Positions 51,201-62,178 of a DNA stretch of 64,000 bases are shown here, one piece after another. Numbering within the stretch: position 1 is the stretch's first letter; every line of letters starts with the position of its first letter. Location: contig NW_019217797.1 in the NCBI RefSeq assembly GCF_002571385.2, positions 861,856 through 925,855 of the forward strand, written 5' to 3'. The translations under genes were made by a program, and so were the position numbers. This DNA comes from Stylophora pistillata (lineage: Eukaryota). The notes below the pieces were generated by a model, which was not told where the DNA came from, ran no database searches, and worked only from the letters and a program-made list of their open reading frames with translations.

Positions 51201-54200
51201 TGGAAGACTGAGAAGTGAGACGTGCTTGACTGACTGTCGTATAACGCGGGTCATGATGGATAATGAGACAATCATATCTGAAATTTTAAAAAAATTGTAA
51301 TAAAAAAGGAAAACTGGTATAGCTAGATTTATTTTAAATTTTGATAAAAGTAAAGAATTTAAAGGCAGAAAAACTGGAGCTAACAACTAAGATATGATAT
51401 ACATGATACATGTAAGTCGTAATTCAAGTAACAAATGGTCTTCTATCACTAAGATACTGAGATGTATTATTAGCAATATTCAATCGCCGAGATTGTCCAA
51501 TCTCAAAAATTAATTGCGGAAGTAGATAAGGGCGGAAATTGTTACTCTGCCCCGGAACGACTAACATTAGAATGTAACCTCACCGTGACGAAACTTTTCC
51601 TTTAGAATTGAAACGTCTTGGATTTTTCGTAGGATATTTTCTGCCTGCGCAACCCGGGACTCTTTAAAACAAATTTAGCTGTCCCCCCGAGGGAACAGAT
51701 TTTAGGTACATGAGGTAACATCCTATTTCGGATTAGCAATTCCTGTGGCTAAGAATACTGAGAAAATAAGGAATTAATAAGCATCGTTTTGATTTGTAGG
51801 ACGTTTCAAGCGAGAAGGAAGACGAAGGCATGAAAGAAACCACAAGAGAGGGACGAGTTCCAATGGATTTTACCGGTGAAAGAGGAAAAGTCATTACGGA
51901 TTTAAACGAAATCCAACAACTGGCTAACATAAGAAACAACGCAGTACGTGTCAAATTTTATTCTTTGTCATTCGCAAATTTTTTCTTATTTTTCATGTTT
52001 TCTTTCGACTTAATGCGACTTATCGCAGTGATCATTTGTTAAAAAAGAAACTGTGAATATAACGTGAAGCAATTTTGCCGGCCACTAAACTCTTCGTCGA
52101 TTACAGAGGCCCAGAGACCCACTCTATCCAGACTGTAATATAAAGTTTTAACTGTTAATTTGTTTTTGTTTTTCACAGAAACTAAGTAAACGCATGTCAT
52201 CTGAACATTTCATCCCAAACCACACCGTTACCTCCGGTATGTTTAGCATGAGTGTTGCTTTGTCTTATTGGTGCCGACATTTTTACTTTCGCTTATATTG
52301 TATTGGTCGTTTTTATCCAAAGCTTAACGACAAACAACTGGTTTTACACACTTTTATTGAAACTGACGAAGACTGAAGTTCTAGTTTTATGATCAGTTAC
52401 ATCTGATCGCTATCTTGATTATTAAAATGTTGAGTAGGATTGAATCTCTTCTTTTCAGGGCACCATTTTGTCAATGAACCATGGTTTCACGGGAGAATAA
52501 CAAGAGAACACTCGCTTCACTTGCTTGTTGCTGCAGGAATAGACGACGGGTAAGGAATATTACAAGTAATACTCTTTGGAAGCCTTGTTGTCCTGGTACT
52601 GCCTCGTTGATCGCTCGGGGTGGGATGGGTGGGAAGGTGAGATCGCTACATGGACTGAAGCGGCTGCCAGAGGCGCCTGATAATAATGCTGACGTCCGAT
52701 CTCAACCTTACGCGGATAGTGTTAAGCGCGACTGAATATATCCACATAGAAGTCTGCGCTATATAAATGTAAAATGTAAATGTAAATGTATCGGTCGGTA
52801 ACCACGATAATTACGTATTCTTTAAAGTTGCGGGAATAAGAATAATAATATTTAATACTTATAATGCGCTTTTTCTATAAAAATACTCAAAAGCGCATTA
52901 AAATATTAATTGTTAAACCCGATAAAATTACAATATTTACAGTATAAAAATTTCCAGAGTAATTAGTAAAACATAGAATTTTTTAAAAATCTCAATATTA
53001 AATTAAATGAATAAATAATCTAACTAAAAGCCTTTTTAAATAAATATGTTTTAACAGAGCGTTTGAAGGAGTTGATTGATGTTTCCTGTCTTATTGGCAG
53101 AGGAAGACTGTTCCATAAGAAGGGGCAGCTATTGAAAACTCGCGATCTTCCATAGTCTTCTTCGTTCTTAGCCGAGGTCTTTCTAACAATATACCATTAT
53201 TGTTACGGCGTAGTTGATAATGTGAGTCCGGCAAGACAGAGACTAGATCCTTAAGATAGCTGGGCGCAACATCGTGAAGTATCTTAAATGTGACAAGGAG
53301 AATCTTAAAATCTACACGCAAACGCACTGGTAACCAGTGGAGTTCTCTTAGAAAAGGAGTAATGTGAAAATAAATGAAAGAGTGAAAACAAATTGAAGCA
53401 GAATATTTGGAAAATCATTTCTCGATGAATTTATCTCGGTGACATTTGACATCTCAATTTTGCGTGTAAAATCAATTTTGGAAGTATTTTTCGCTGACTG
53501 AGACTTGAAATTTAAATTAATATACGCGCTCATTTCTAATGAGCACCTACATTAATTCTGAATATGATGACTTTGGTTGAAAGCCGACTTTAATTAGCCA
53601 TTTTAGGCTATGGGTTAACAGTTTCAAAGCCATACTTTGAGTGGACAAAGCAATGAGTGCCTCGTTATCTTTTTCAACTACAGGTTGTTCCTTGTGCGCG
53701 AAAGCAGCAGCGTTCCCGGCGTGTTTGTGTTAACGTTTTGCATGAACAGAAAAGTCTACCACTGTCAGCTTGTTGAGGTTTGTATTTGCTATAGTATAAA
53801 AACTGATTTTGATCGATATCTGTTACTAATAGTCCCTGTACACACTACAATAACCTATTGTGAGTGTGTCTGTACAGCCTCAACGGAAAAGAGCTTGCAG
53901 GATGTGAGAAAAGTTTTAAAACAGTCTTTTGTTTAAGCCGGTCAAAGCAACCAGGCTAGTTGTTAGTTGTCTTATTTTACTGCGGAGGAAACTTTTTTCA
54001 TTATTTGAGCTGAAATTGTAACTTACTTCGTCGGTGAGTTGTGAAGAGGCCGCAGCGAAGCTTCGTAAATAGTCGAGTACATTGGATTTGAATTATTTAA
54101 ACATGATCATCCAAACCAGCTGGCAAGAGAACTCAAGTTTATTCTCTCTGTGATCTTACCTGTTATCGATCAATCTGGTGAAATATACAGACATAATATT

Positions 54201-54405
54201 TTTAATTACGTCATGTGATGATTAAAACCTAATAGAGTTATAACTCGTCTTATTTCAGGACATCGGCCAGGGAAGCACAACGTTCTTTAGTCTTGGCAAG
54301 GGACCAGCATTTGAGACCTTGCGTCAACTGATTTACTTTTACCAACAGAAACCAATCAATGGCGTTACTCTGGCCCTGCGCACACCGTGCCCCAAATCAG
54401 GATAA
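39261..54405 (+). CDS. GRB10: Grb7/10/14-family adaptor (RA-PH-BPS-SH2), 15 coding exons
   Basis: Exons 39261-39371, 39685-39718, 39807-40339, 41986-42148, 42532-42653, 42801-42890, 43676-43816, 44311-44421, 44598-44693, 48547-48636, 51800-51943, 52179-52236, 52459-52549, 53684-53777 and 54259-54405 are in phase. RA (W.L.E...GIERTLEDHE), PH (PEIEG..GKKSW..F.LRGSGLY..WMMAVRIAKFGPQLRQNY), BPS (VPMDFTGERGKVI) and SH2 (PWFHGRITRE, FLVRES). Confidence 0.92.
40673..41810 (+). mobile_element. Non-autonomous DNA transposon with 9-bp TSD and short imperfect TIRs (Academ-like, tentative)
   Basis: TSD TGTTGGAGG at 40664-40672 and 41811-41819; termini TAGACTTGCTCACAAGT / ACTTTGAGAAAGTCTTA. The interior is CpG-rich with broken ORF fragments. 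Confidence 0.7.
43085..43322. mobile_element. Harbinger-type MITE
   Basis: CTG|GGCCCAGTTGTTCAAAG...CTTTGAACAACCCGGTC|CTG, with a 3-bp TSD and internal TAACCCAGGGTTA repeats. Confidence 0.8.
50372..50640 (+). mobile_element. Penelope-type pseudo-LTR with about 100-bp inverted 5' duplication and hammerhead-like motif
   Basis: Palindrome at 50372-50573, motif GCTCCGACGAAGGGCTAACGCTCGAAACGTCAGC at 50485-50518, and a 3' part CCCCCACCGACGCAGCCCCAAACAGTTTCTTTAGAAACT shared with 61970-62030. Confidence 0.82.
52600..52790 (+). mobile_element. SINE 3' fragment with L2-type tail and (TGTAAA)n
   Basis: GGGTGGGATGGGTGG module (also at 30190), followed by TAAGCGCGACTGAATAT...GCGCTATATAAATGTAAA repeats. 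Confidence 0.6.
52838..53370 (-). mobile_element. L2-clade LINE 3' fragment
   Basis: HITPFLRELHWLPVRLRVDFKILL.TFKILH..APSYL..FSIAAP..FKRSVKTYLFKKAF, then the 3' stem-loop TAATGCGCTTTTGAG...AAAGCGCATTATAAG and (ATT)n. Confidence 0.85.
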
Positions 54406-54934
54406 TGGGACAAACTGCGACCTGTTAGTTGTCCTGTGGTAGATCACGTGGTCTTTCAAAAACACGTTGGAAACACACTGTTCTCTCTTTGAACTGTGAC
54501 GTGTCACTTTCGACTTCAAGATTTCAGGATTTGACATGAATAGCCAAAGCGAAACAATGAAATCAATTCGATTGAACATAATGATTTTAATTAGCACTGT
54601 TTACTGCTGCTAAGCATGTAAATTGTAAACTGAGTACCACAGTCATCTACGTAAAGTATGGGGAATGTTTTCGCTTTTAATCGATTCAGTTTCTAATCGT
54701 TTCGCACTCTTGTAGATTAAATAATAACCAAGCACGACAATTTCACATCCCTTTTCGGTTTTCTTATCTGTTACTACATTGATACCATTTTGACTCCTTC
54801 CACTTGATAGAGGAACAAACTTTTCTTCTTACGGTAGAAGTTACGCACGAAGAAATATAAAAAATTCGTTGACAAAAGATCTTTGAAATGTAAAAAATAC
54901 GCAATTTACATCCTTTTAAATGAAACAAAATGAC

Positions 54935-55063
54935 TGGATATGCATGGATGATATATTTAGTGAAACCTTTTAATTCAGATGCACCTCGCGAATATGACCA
55001 TGGATATGAATGGATGATATATATAGTGAAACCTTTTAATTCAGATGCACCACGCGAAGATGA
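54935..55063. repeat. 66-bp tandem duplication in the putative GRB 3' UTR
   Basis: TGGATATGxATGGATGATATATxTAGTGAAACCTTTTAATTCAGATGCACC occurs at 54935 and 55001. Confidence 0.9.
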
Positions 55064-55402
55064 ATGAAAGACTTGTAAATAGTTTTATCAAAGGTGATGA
55101 TATAAAGAATTAAAATGTTCTCAGTCCTATTGATATTCCGCATGTAGTTTGTGTTGTGTGCTTAGTGAGATATTATTGTGATCCTTTTGTAACCTAACCA
55201 GGCGTTCAAAACTTCAAAACTCGGCTTATCGTAATTTTTTTCAGATAAATCATGGAAAGTAATTTCAATCAGTTTGTTACAGTTACCACAGTGAGAATTC
55301 GTTTCGCGAAAATCTTTCCGGGATAGAAAAGAAAAACTTACTGAAAAATCAGCTCAGTGAAACCTAATCGTGATGTCAACTCTTCCCCCCCCACTGCCCT
55401 CC

Positions 55403-56807
55403 AGACCTATGTTTTACTTCATGTCTGATATCAAATTAATAGCATATCTCACGGGCTATGAGATTGGCCTTTGTGCAAAAAATAACTGTGAGTTAAAGGA
55501 AAAGAAACCATTCTCTGGGTCTAATTCCACTGTAGTTGAATGTTGAAAGTTATAAATAAATTGGCAATCGAAACAGAGTTTTATTGTATCTTTACTAATT
55601 TGAGATAGTGCCGGGGGGGTGTTCATCCTGGGGGGACACCAGGGGCGGATACAGAGATTTTTGGTTCCAAACTTTTGTTCAGAAAAGACTGTTGGACTCT
55701 TTTGAGGCAAATTACTTCTCTCCAACACCCCCCCCCTCCCACCAGTCGCGGTTGCACGTTATAATTCCTTGGCGCCTTACCGTTTACTAGGATTCATTAA
55801 TGAAAAAAATCAGCCAGTTAAAAAGNNNNNNNNNNNNNNNNNNNNNNNNNNNNNNNNNNNNNNNNNNNNNNNNNNNNNNNNNNNNNNNNNNNNNNNNNNN
55901 NNNNNNNNNNNNNNNNNNNNNNNNNNNNNNNNNNNNNNNNNNNNNNNNNNNNNNNNNNNNNNNNNNNNNNNNNNNNNNNNNNNNNNNNNNNNNNNNNNNN
56001 NNNNNNNNNNNNNNNNNNNNNNNNNNNNNNNNNNNNNNNNNNNNNNNNNNNNNNNNNNNNNNNNNNNNNNNNNNNNNNNNNNNNNNNNNNNNNNNNNNNN
56101 NNNNNNNNNNNNNNNNNNNNNNNNNNNNNNNNNNNNNNNNNNNNNNNNNNNNNNNNNNNNNNNNNNNNNNNNNNNNNNNNNNNNNNNNNNNNNNNNNNNN
56201 NNNNNNNNNNNNNNNNNNNNNNNNNNNNNNNNNNNNNNNNNNNNNNNNNNNNNNNNNNNNNNNNNNNNNNNNNNNNNNNNNNNNNNNNNNNNNNNNNNNN
56301 NNNNNNNNNNNNNNNNNNNNNNNNNNNNNNNNNNNNNNNNNNNNNNNNNNNNNNNNNNNNNNNNNNNNNNNNNNNNNNNNNNNNAGACCTATGTTTTACT
56401 TCATGTCTGATATCAAATTAATAGCATATCTCACGGGCTATGAGATTGGCCTTTGTGCAAAAAATAACTGTGAGTTAAAGGAAAAGAAACCATTCTCTGG
56501 GTCTAATTCCACTGTAGTTGAATGTTGAAAGTTATAAATAAATTGGCAATCGAAACAGAGTTTTATTGTATCTTTACTAATTTGAGATAGTGCCGGGGGG
56601 GTGTTCATCCTGGGGGGACACCAGGGGCGGATACAGAGATTTTTGGTTCCAAACTTTTGTTCAGAAAAGACTGTTGGACTCTTTTGAGGCAAATTACTTC
56701 TCTCCCACACACACCCCCTCCCACCAGTCGCGGTTGCACGTTATAATTCCTTGGCGCCTTACCGTTTACTAGGATTCATTAATGAAAAAAATCAGCCAGT
56801 TAAAAAG
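55403..56807. other. About 422-bp duplication flanking an N gap (probable allelic-overlap assembly artefact)
   Basis: 55403-55825 and 56386-56807 are identical apart from a C-rich tract, and both abut the N run exactly. Confidence 0.85.
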
Positions 56808-57379
56808 TGATGTACATATACGATCCTGTCAATGTAAGAATTTCATTCTCAAAGTTGTAAGCGTCGGGTCTGATAGGGGGGGTCCGGACCCCCCGGACCC
56901 TCCCCCTGGATCCGCCACTGGACGCTTACTGGACATTTTGACCTAGAGGAGTCCGCGGGAAAGGTGGACGCTTATTCGAGGAAATAAGATCCTTGAAGAG
57001 GATGCAATTTTGAGGATGTGAGTAAGCAGCAGCCTTCAGCGACTATTAAAAACTCAGTAGAAAAAACAAACAGTTAAAAATTCTGGCGGAAACTTCTTAT
57101 TTCGAAAGAAATAGATGACTCATGGCCTACAACAACGTGGCTAAAATCCTGCTTAATCATAATGTGTTGTATGTAATCTTCTTTAACTATTTTTTTGCTA
57201 GTTGTCCCTGTATGTCGCAGGAGCTGTGACTCGTCCCCAGAGCCACTCGTTTTGACTCTCCCACAAAATGACCGACGAAGTGGACTCTGGGAACGACAAT
57301 TTGCTTGGCATCCCAGTTAGCAGTTGGGGTGTATGAACCCGTGCTGTGGATCTGTGATTTCAAAAACAGTTACTGCAGA

Positions 57380-58246
57380 ATGGCTTTTAATCCAAATTTT
57401 AACGACATAGGGAAAAATTTTGCGCAAGTTTACTACCAAACGTTCGACACCAACCGAGCAAATTTGGCATCTTTATATGTGAGTCTGCTTACGTGTTACT
57501 AACTTTACCATGGAACACACAACGTGTAATATGAGCATTTAGCGAATCTCTGATGTTACAATTTTGTATTTTTGCTTTGTTTTGGATAAGAGATCATTCA
57601 ATTTGAGAATTCGTAAGTTTGATGGCTGTTTAGAGTGCTTCAAAAGACATTTTGTTGAATTCGATATAACTCGTGCTATAATAGTCAGCGGTCTGTATCA
57701 CCAAAACCGATAACTTTTGAATTGGTTTGATGAGTAATCTTTGTTCATTACTCGAAACATTGGGTAACCGATGATATTTACCGCTCAATTTTTCAACCAG
57801 TATTTAGTCGTGGAATATTAATTTAAGTGTGATTTTTTTTTCAATTTGTTGTTCTTTTGAAGGAAAGCCAGTCTATGTTGACTTTTGAAGGAGATCAATT
57901 TCAAGGAAGAGAACCTATTATGAAGAAACTTACAGTAAGTCTTAAGGCTTGAATTACTTTGTACACAGAGAGATCTAGTCCAAAACATGCTTTTTTTTCT
58001 GTTGATATGTGTAAGTGGATAAAATTAAATGGGTTCTGCATTCTTCATTTATATCGCTGTATATCCCCTTACCTGAAAAAAATGCCTCAGTAACTGTGAA
58101 ATATGCTGAAAAAGGTTGAATTTCAAACGTTAGTTTACTTCATGTCATGATTCGTTGCATGATTGTTTATTTTACTGACTCAACAAAGAGCCTGATTTTA
58201 AAATTGGCAATGCAGAGGAAAGAATATTTTGCTTTATTAAAAACTA

Positions 58247-58301
<55 letters not shown>

Positions 58302-58473
58302 CAGCCAATATACCATAATCTACAAATATGGTAAGTGTACGTGTCAGCTTACAATTAAAAGAGAGCTAAAAATTTCATAAAATTTAATAATTTAATTTAA
58401 CGTTTTTAATAAAACAATTATTCCACTCGCGCTTGTTGTATATGAGATGATTATAGCCAACTCGGCGCTACGT

Positions 58474-58506
<33 letters not shown>

Positions 58507-58963
58507 ATGCGCTCGTGGAATAATTGTTAAATAGACCCAAGGTGACTTAGGTGAGGGAAAGATGATATTTTTTATCCATAAAGGCTTTCTTTAGAAATTC
58601 CAAGACTGTTGATTTTTTTACAGGGACTACCATTTACCACTGTTAAACATGTGATAACCACTATTGATTGTCAGCCAAGTACAGATAATGGAGTTGTAGT
58701 GTTTGTTGTCGGACAACTCAAGGTACTGAGCTTAAAGCATTTGTCTTATTTCTTTGTGTCAGCAAGAATAGTAATTACCATCCATTTTTTACTCTCTTAT
58801 ACCCTTGATAACAGGTTTGACGAGGATTGAATGTGTTTGTTTCTTTCCTTAGACAGATGATGACCCTCCACATGGCTTCAGCCAATGTTTCCACTTGAAG
58901 CCAGGGAGTACAAATTATTTTGTTCTTCATGACATGTTTAGACTAACCCTGCATCATGGGTGA
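57380..58963 (+). CDS. NUTF2: Nuclear transport factor 2, 4 exons, 126 aa
   Basis: Exons 57380-57478, 57863-57934, 58624-58722 and 58853-58963, all phase 0. IGKNFAQVYYQTFD.NRANL..LY, SMLTFEG..FQG, LPF..V.H.IT.IDCQP, VVGQLKTDDDPPHGFSQ.F.L and DMFRL. Confidence 0.97.
58233..58532 (+). repeat. Interspersed repeat ending in a long imperfect hairpin (possibly Crypton-derived)
   Basis: Hairpin AACAATTATTCCAC..TATGAGATGAT..TAGCCAAC / GTTGGCTA..ATCATCTCATA..GTGGAATAATTGTT at 58413-58529; a second partial copy lies at 12998-13182. Confidence 0.7.
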
Positions 58964-60074
58964 AAAGGATAACACTCAACAAATATGAAGATCATTGTTG
59001 TTCTCAGTGCATGTAAATGGATGTGGTGGTGTGTGACCTAGTAATAATATGCAAAAAGCAATCGAGGATATGCAGTTTTGTGGAAAAACCAAAGTAAATG
59101 CCTGTCCAGTACTACTCTGTAACTTAAAACGGTAGAGTTTTAAATGCAGCTTTTACTTGGTTGTTGACAAACCAGGCAATAACTATTCTCTAAAGTCTTG
59201 GATAATAAATTATTTTTTTGCAGGTTCATTTACTATTCTTTAACAAAAAAAAGTTACTTGCTAATTCCACATTGATGGCATAGTTTCTGATGGAATGGCC
59301 AATATTTTAGGAGTGCTAATAGACAACCATTGTACTGCAGAGAACTTGCAGTTACTGCATGCACCACTTGCAAGTTTCATAATCCTTGAAAAATATGCAA
59401 GTTGAAATGATTCTTCAGGTTTCTTATTAACCATCTTTTTAGATATTACTTACAGGAGCAAAGCCACCTTTTTACTTTGAAGTCTTGTGTTATAACAGTG
59501 AAGCAGGTGGAGAAAGAACTATAGGCTGGCTATGTCCCTTCCTTAGGTATTATTTAGGTTTGGATTCAAAGTGTTCTTTTAAAATAAAGTTTTAGCAAAG
59601 AGCTTGTTTCCCACACGGTGTGTCAAATGCATGTCACTGGCTCAATTGTCCTTAATTCCCATGATGGTACAGTAGTCAGTGAAAAGGTTTGCCACAAAGA
59701 AGTCTGCAAGGAACTCACCTAACAGCATGATGATATCAGAGATTTCACTGCACATTTTACAAGAATAAGAGTTTAACCCTTGTGCTGTTATTTAAGACAG
59801 TATAATCCCAAATCCCAGGTTCCTAAAGGTAATAGTTGCATGACATTGCTCAGAGTGTTTAAATGATTATTATAGACAACTGCTTACTCTCTCAGTATTT
59901 GAAGTTACTCCCCCAATTTTACTGGAGATAAAAAGGTTATATATTTAGCTTTGCCTAAATATCTCAGGCAGGGAGACCACTATAGCTTTAGCCATTTACA
60001 GTGGATCACGTGTTAACAATGACAAGGCTACACCCCCCCCCCACTAATTCCTAGTTAACAGGCCAGACCAACCC

Positions 60075-60335
60075 ACAGCAATCTTTTGAGTGGGTTCTTT
60101 AATGTCCCCTGTCTAACCAAATTAACTAATTAAGAGAAGAGGGGAGGGGACCTACGGTTTATTCATACTTATCCAAGAAGACTAGAATGTCTATCCATTT
60201 CTTGATATTATAGAAAGGTAGCACATTCTTCTCAGTTATTTTAAGACCTTGCGTGTTGGTCCGGCCAGTGCTTGAACCCTCTACCTCCTGCACAACAGTC
60301 CGGCCCTCTTACCAATTGAGCTCACCAGGAGGCAG
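60075..60335 (-). mobile_element. tRNA-derived SINE of the 12217 family
   Basis: Reverse complement of the tRNA head (GAGCTCAATTGG...GGGTTCAAGC...GGCCGGACCAACAC) and of the body through GGACATTAAAGAACCCAC. Confidence 0.85.
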
Positions 60336-61245
60336 TTAAAGAAATTGTAAAAAAATATGAAGAATTTTGGTGGCCTCTTTGATGCCATATGTAAGGTAAT
60401 CTTCACATATTAGTTTTACTGGCAGGAGTGATATGAATAACTTCATACACTGTTGATTGCCCACAAGCAAGTTATCAAACTTGTTCCCAGGCTCCTCTCT
60501 ATCCTCTCGAGGTGAGAGGGGCAAGGTGGGCTAGCAATTATGTCAACACAGTTATCAATGTGTGGTTTTTTACTTGGATGGTGTGTAAAGTAAGTATGAT
60601 ACCCTCACCTTCTGATGTACTATTTTCCCTAAACTCGTTGCATTCACAAGAGTCTTTAACTAACCCTTCATTTCTACCTTCTCTCAAAGCTTTTATCTTC
60701 CCCCAACTACTTCAGTGTGTGAGATTGGTCTAAACACATCCCATGACTGCCTTGGCTAAAACTCAGTAAATATCTTATGATGTTCCCAAATTGACCTTCC
60801 CCGATTATCCATAATGATGTTAGTCTTCATTTGATTTAAGATGAAAGAGCGGTTTGCTTTCGTTGCAAAAGGGAGATCTTTCTTTGTTCATAATGTCCTC
60901 CTAAAGGTTAATGGGAAGTGAACATCCCATGCAGTAAATAGAAAGCTATTGATAAACATTTTATCCTGTGCTCTACAAACACATTTGAAGGACACCTTAC
61001 ACGTTAGCCTCCAAGATAGCCAGAAAGGGGTTTATTTATTGTATTACCCACCCATTACTTTTCGTATCGCTCATCGACGCGACGGCAAATTTTGTTGACT
61101 TTTTTTGTACTTTTGGAAGCAGCATTTGAGATCAGCTTTTTAACTTCACTACCACTGGACTCTACGAGACGAGTTGGTTTTTTTCCTTGTAAAGATAGTA
61201 ATAAAGATGAAAAAGTGAAACTCTTGAGCTGGCTTTGTTTCTTTA

Positions 61246-61335
61246 GTAATTTGGATATATCAACAAAGTTGAAATGATAAATTGGCCACCGTAACGATTA
61301 CAAAAGCTGACGTTTCGGGCGTTACCCCTTCGTTT
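61246..61335 (-). mobile_element. Penelope-type pseudo-LTR fragment, truncated within the hammerhead core
   Basis: ATATATCAACAAAGTTGAAATGATAAATTGGCCACCGTAACGATTACAAAAGCTGACGTTTCGGGCGTTACCCTTCG. Confidence 0.75.
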
Positions 61336-61969
61336 CTTTGGAATGGAAATAATTAAAGGACAACTATCGTAAACGGGGGTTATTGCGTGACGACTTTCCA
61401 GTGATTCTGTACCACGCGAACGCTTTGGTTGTAAGCACAGATATTTGTCTGCAGACGTTATCTGTATCGAGAAGCGAAAAGTTTTCCGTAAGAGAAATTC
61501 GACAAAAAATGGGAGCTTCAAGGAACATAAAATATCTATTAGGGAAACACACAAGGGCATATTTTAGCGTGAAACGGATGCTGTTGTTTAAATAATTCCT
61601 ACATACAGGCTAACTTCGTATTTCTGGCTGATGTCCTGCCTTGCGTCCATTCGTTGCAATTCTTACATTTTGGAGTCTCCGTTAGAATGGACTACCAACA
61701 GGAGGCCGCAGTGGCCTTCACTTGGGCTTCCTGCCAAGATAGCATCATTTTGTGCCTTGTGGTTACTAACTTAAAGACAGTAACGCACCATGTTATGATA
61801 CTTTAAGTCCGCAAGTATAAGTAGCTACATCCTTCCGAAGCGCAGAGAACGACGGCATAACGCAACTACTCGCTTTTTCTAAATAAACAACTATATCTTC
61901 TTACCTGGTAGGATTACCTTTGTGATTACTGACTGACTGCCAGTAACGCACTATTCTATAGCAAATGAA

Positions 61970-62178
61970 TAAAGGCTGATAGTTTCTAAAGAAACTGTTT
62001 GGGGCTGCGTCGGTGGGGGTAACGAAATAATTTCAATATATAAACAAAGTTGAAATGGTAAATTGGCCACCGTTAAGATTTATAAAAGCTGACGTTTCGA
62101 GCGTTAGCCCTTCGTCGGAGCGAATAGAGGAATTGTGGGTTGTGTGTGCTTTTAAAGGCAGAAAATGGAGCTACGTGA
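61970..62178 (-). mobile_element. Penelope-type pseudo-LTR with hammerhead-like motif (CCGACGA variant)
   Basis: Near-identical reverse complement of 50483-50636; motif at 62121-62088. Confidence 0.8.

Noticed and set aside
55456-56772. Apparent duplicated ORFs and long X-containing ORFs
   Set aside because: They result from the N gap and the duplicated contig ends, not from a real gene pair.
57228-57298. Short hairpin just upstream of NTF2 as a structured RNA
   Set aside because: CTCGTCCCCAGAG...CTCTGGGAACGA resembles short palindromic MITE-like repeats seen elsewhere (about 11855, 34520 and 60480). Nothing supports an RNA function.
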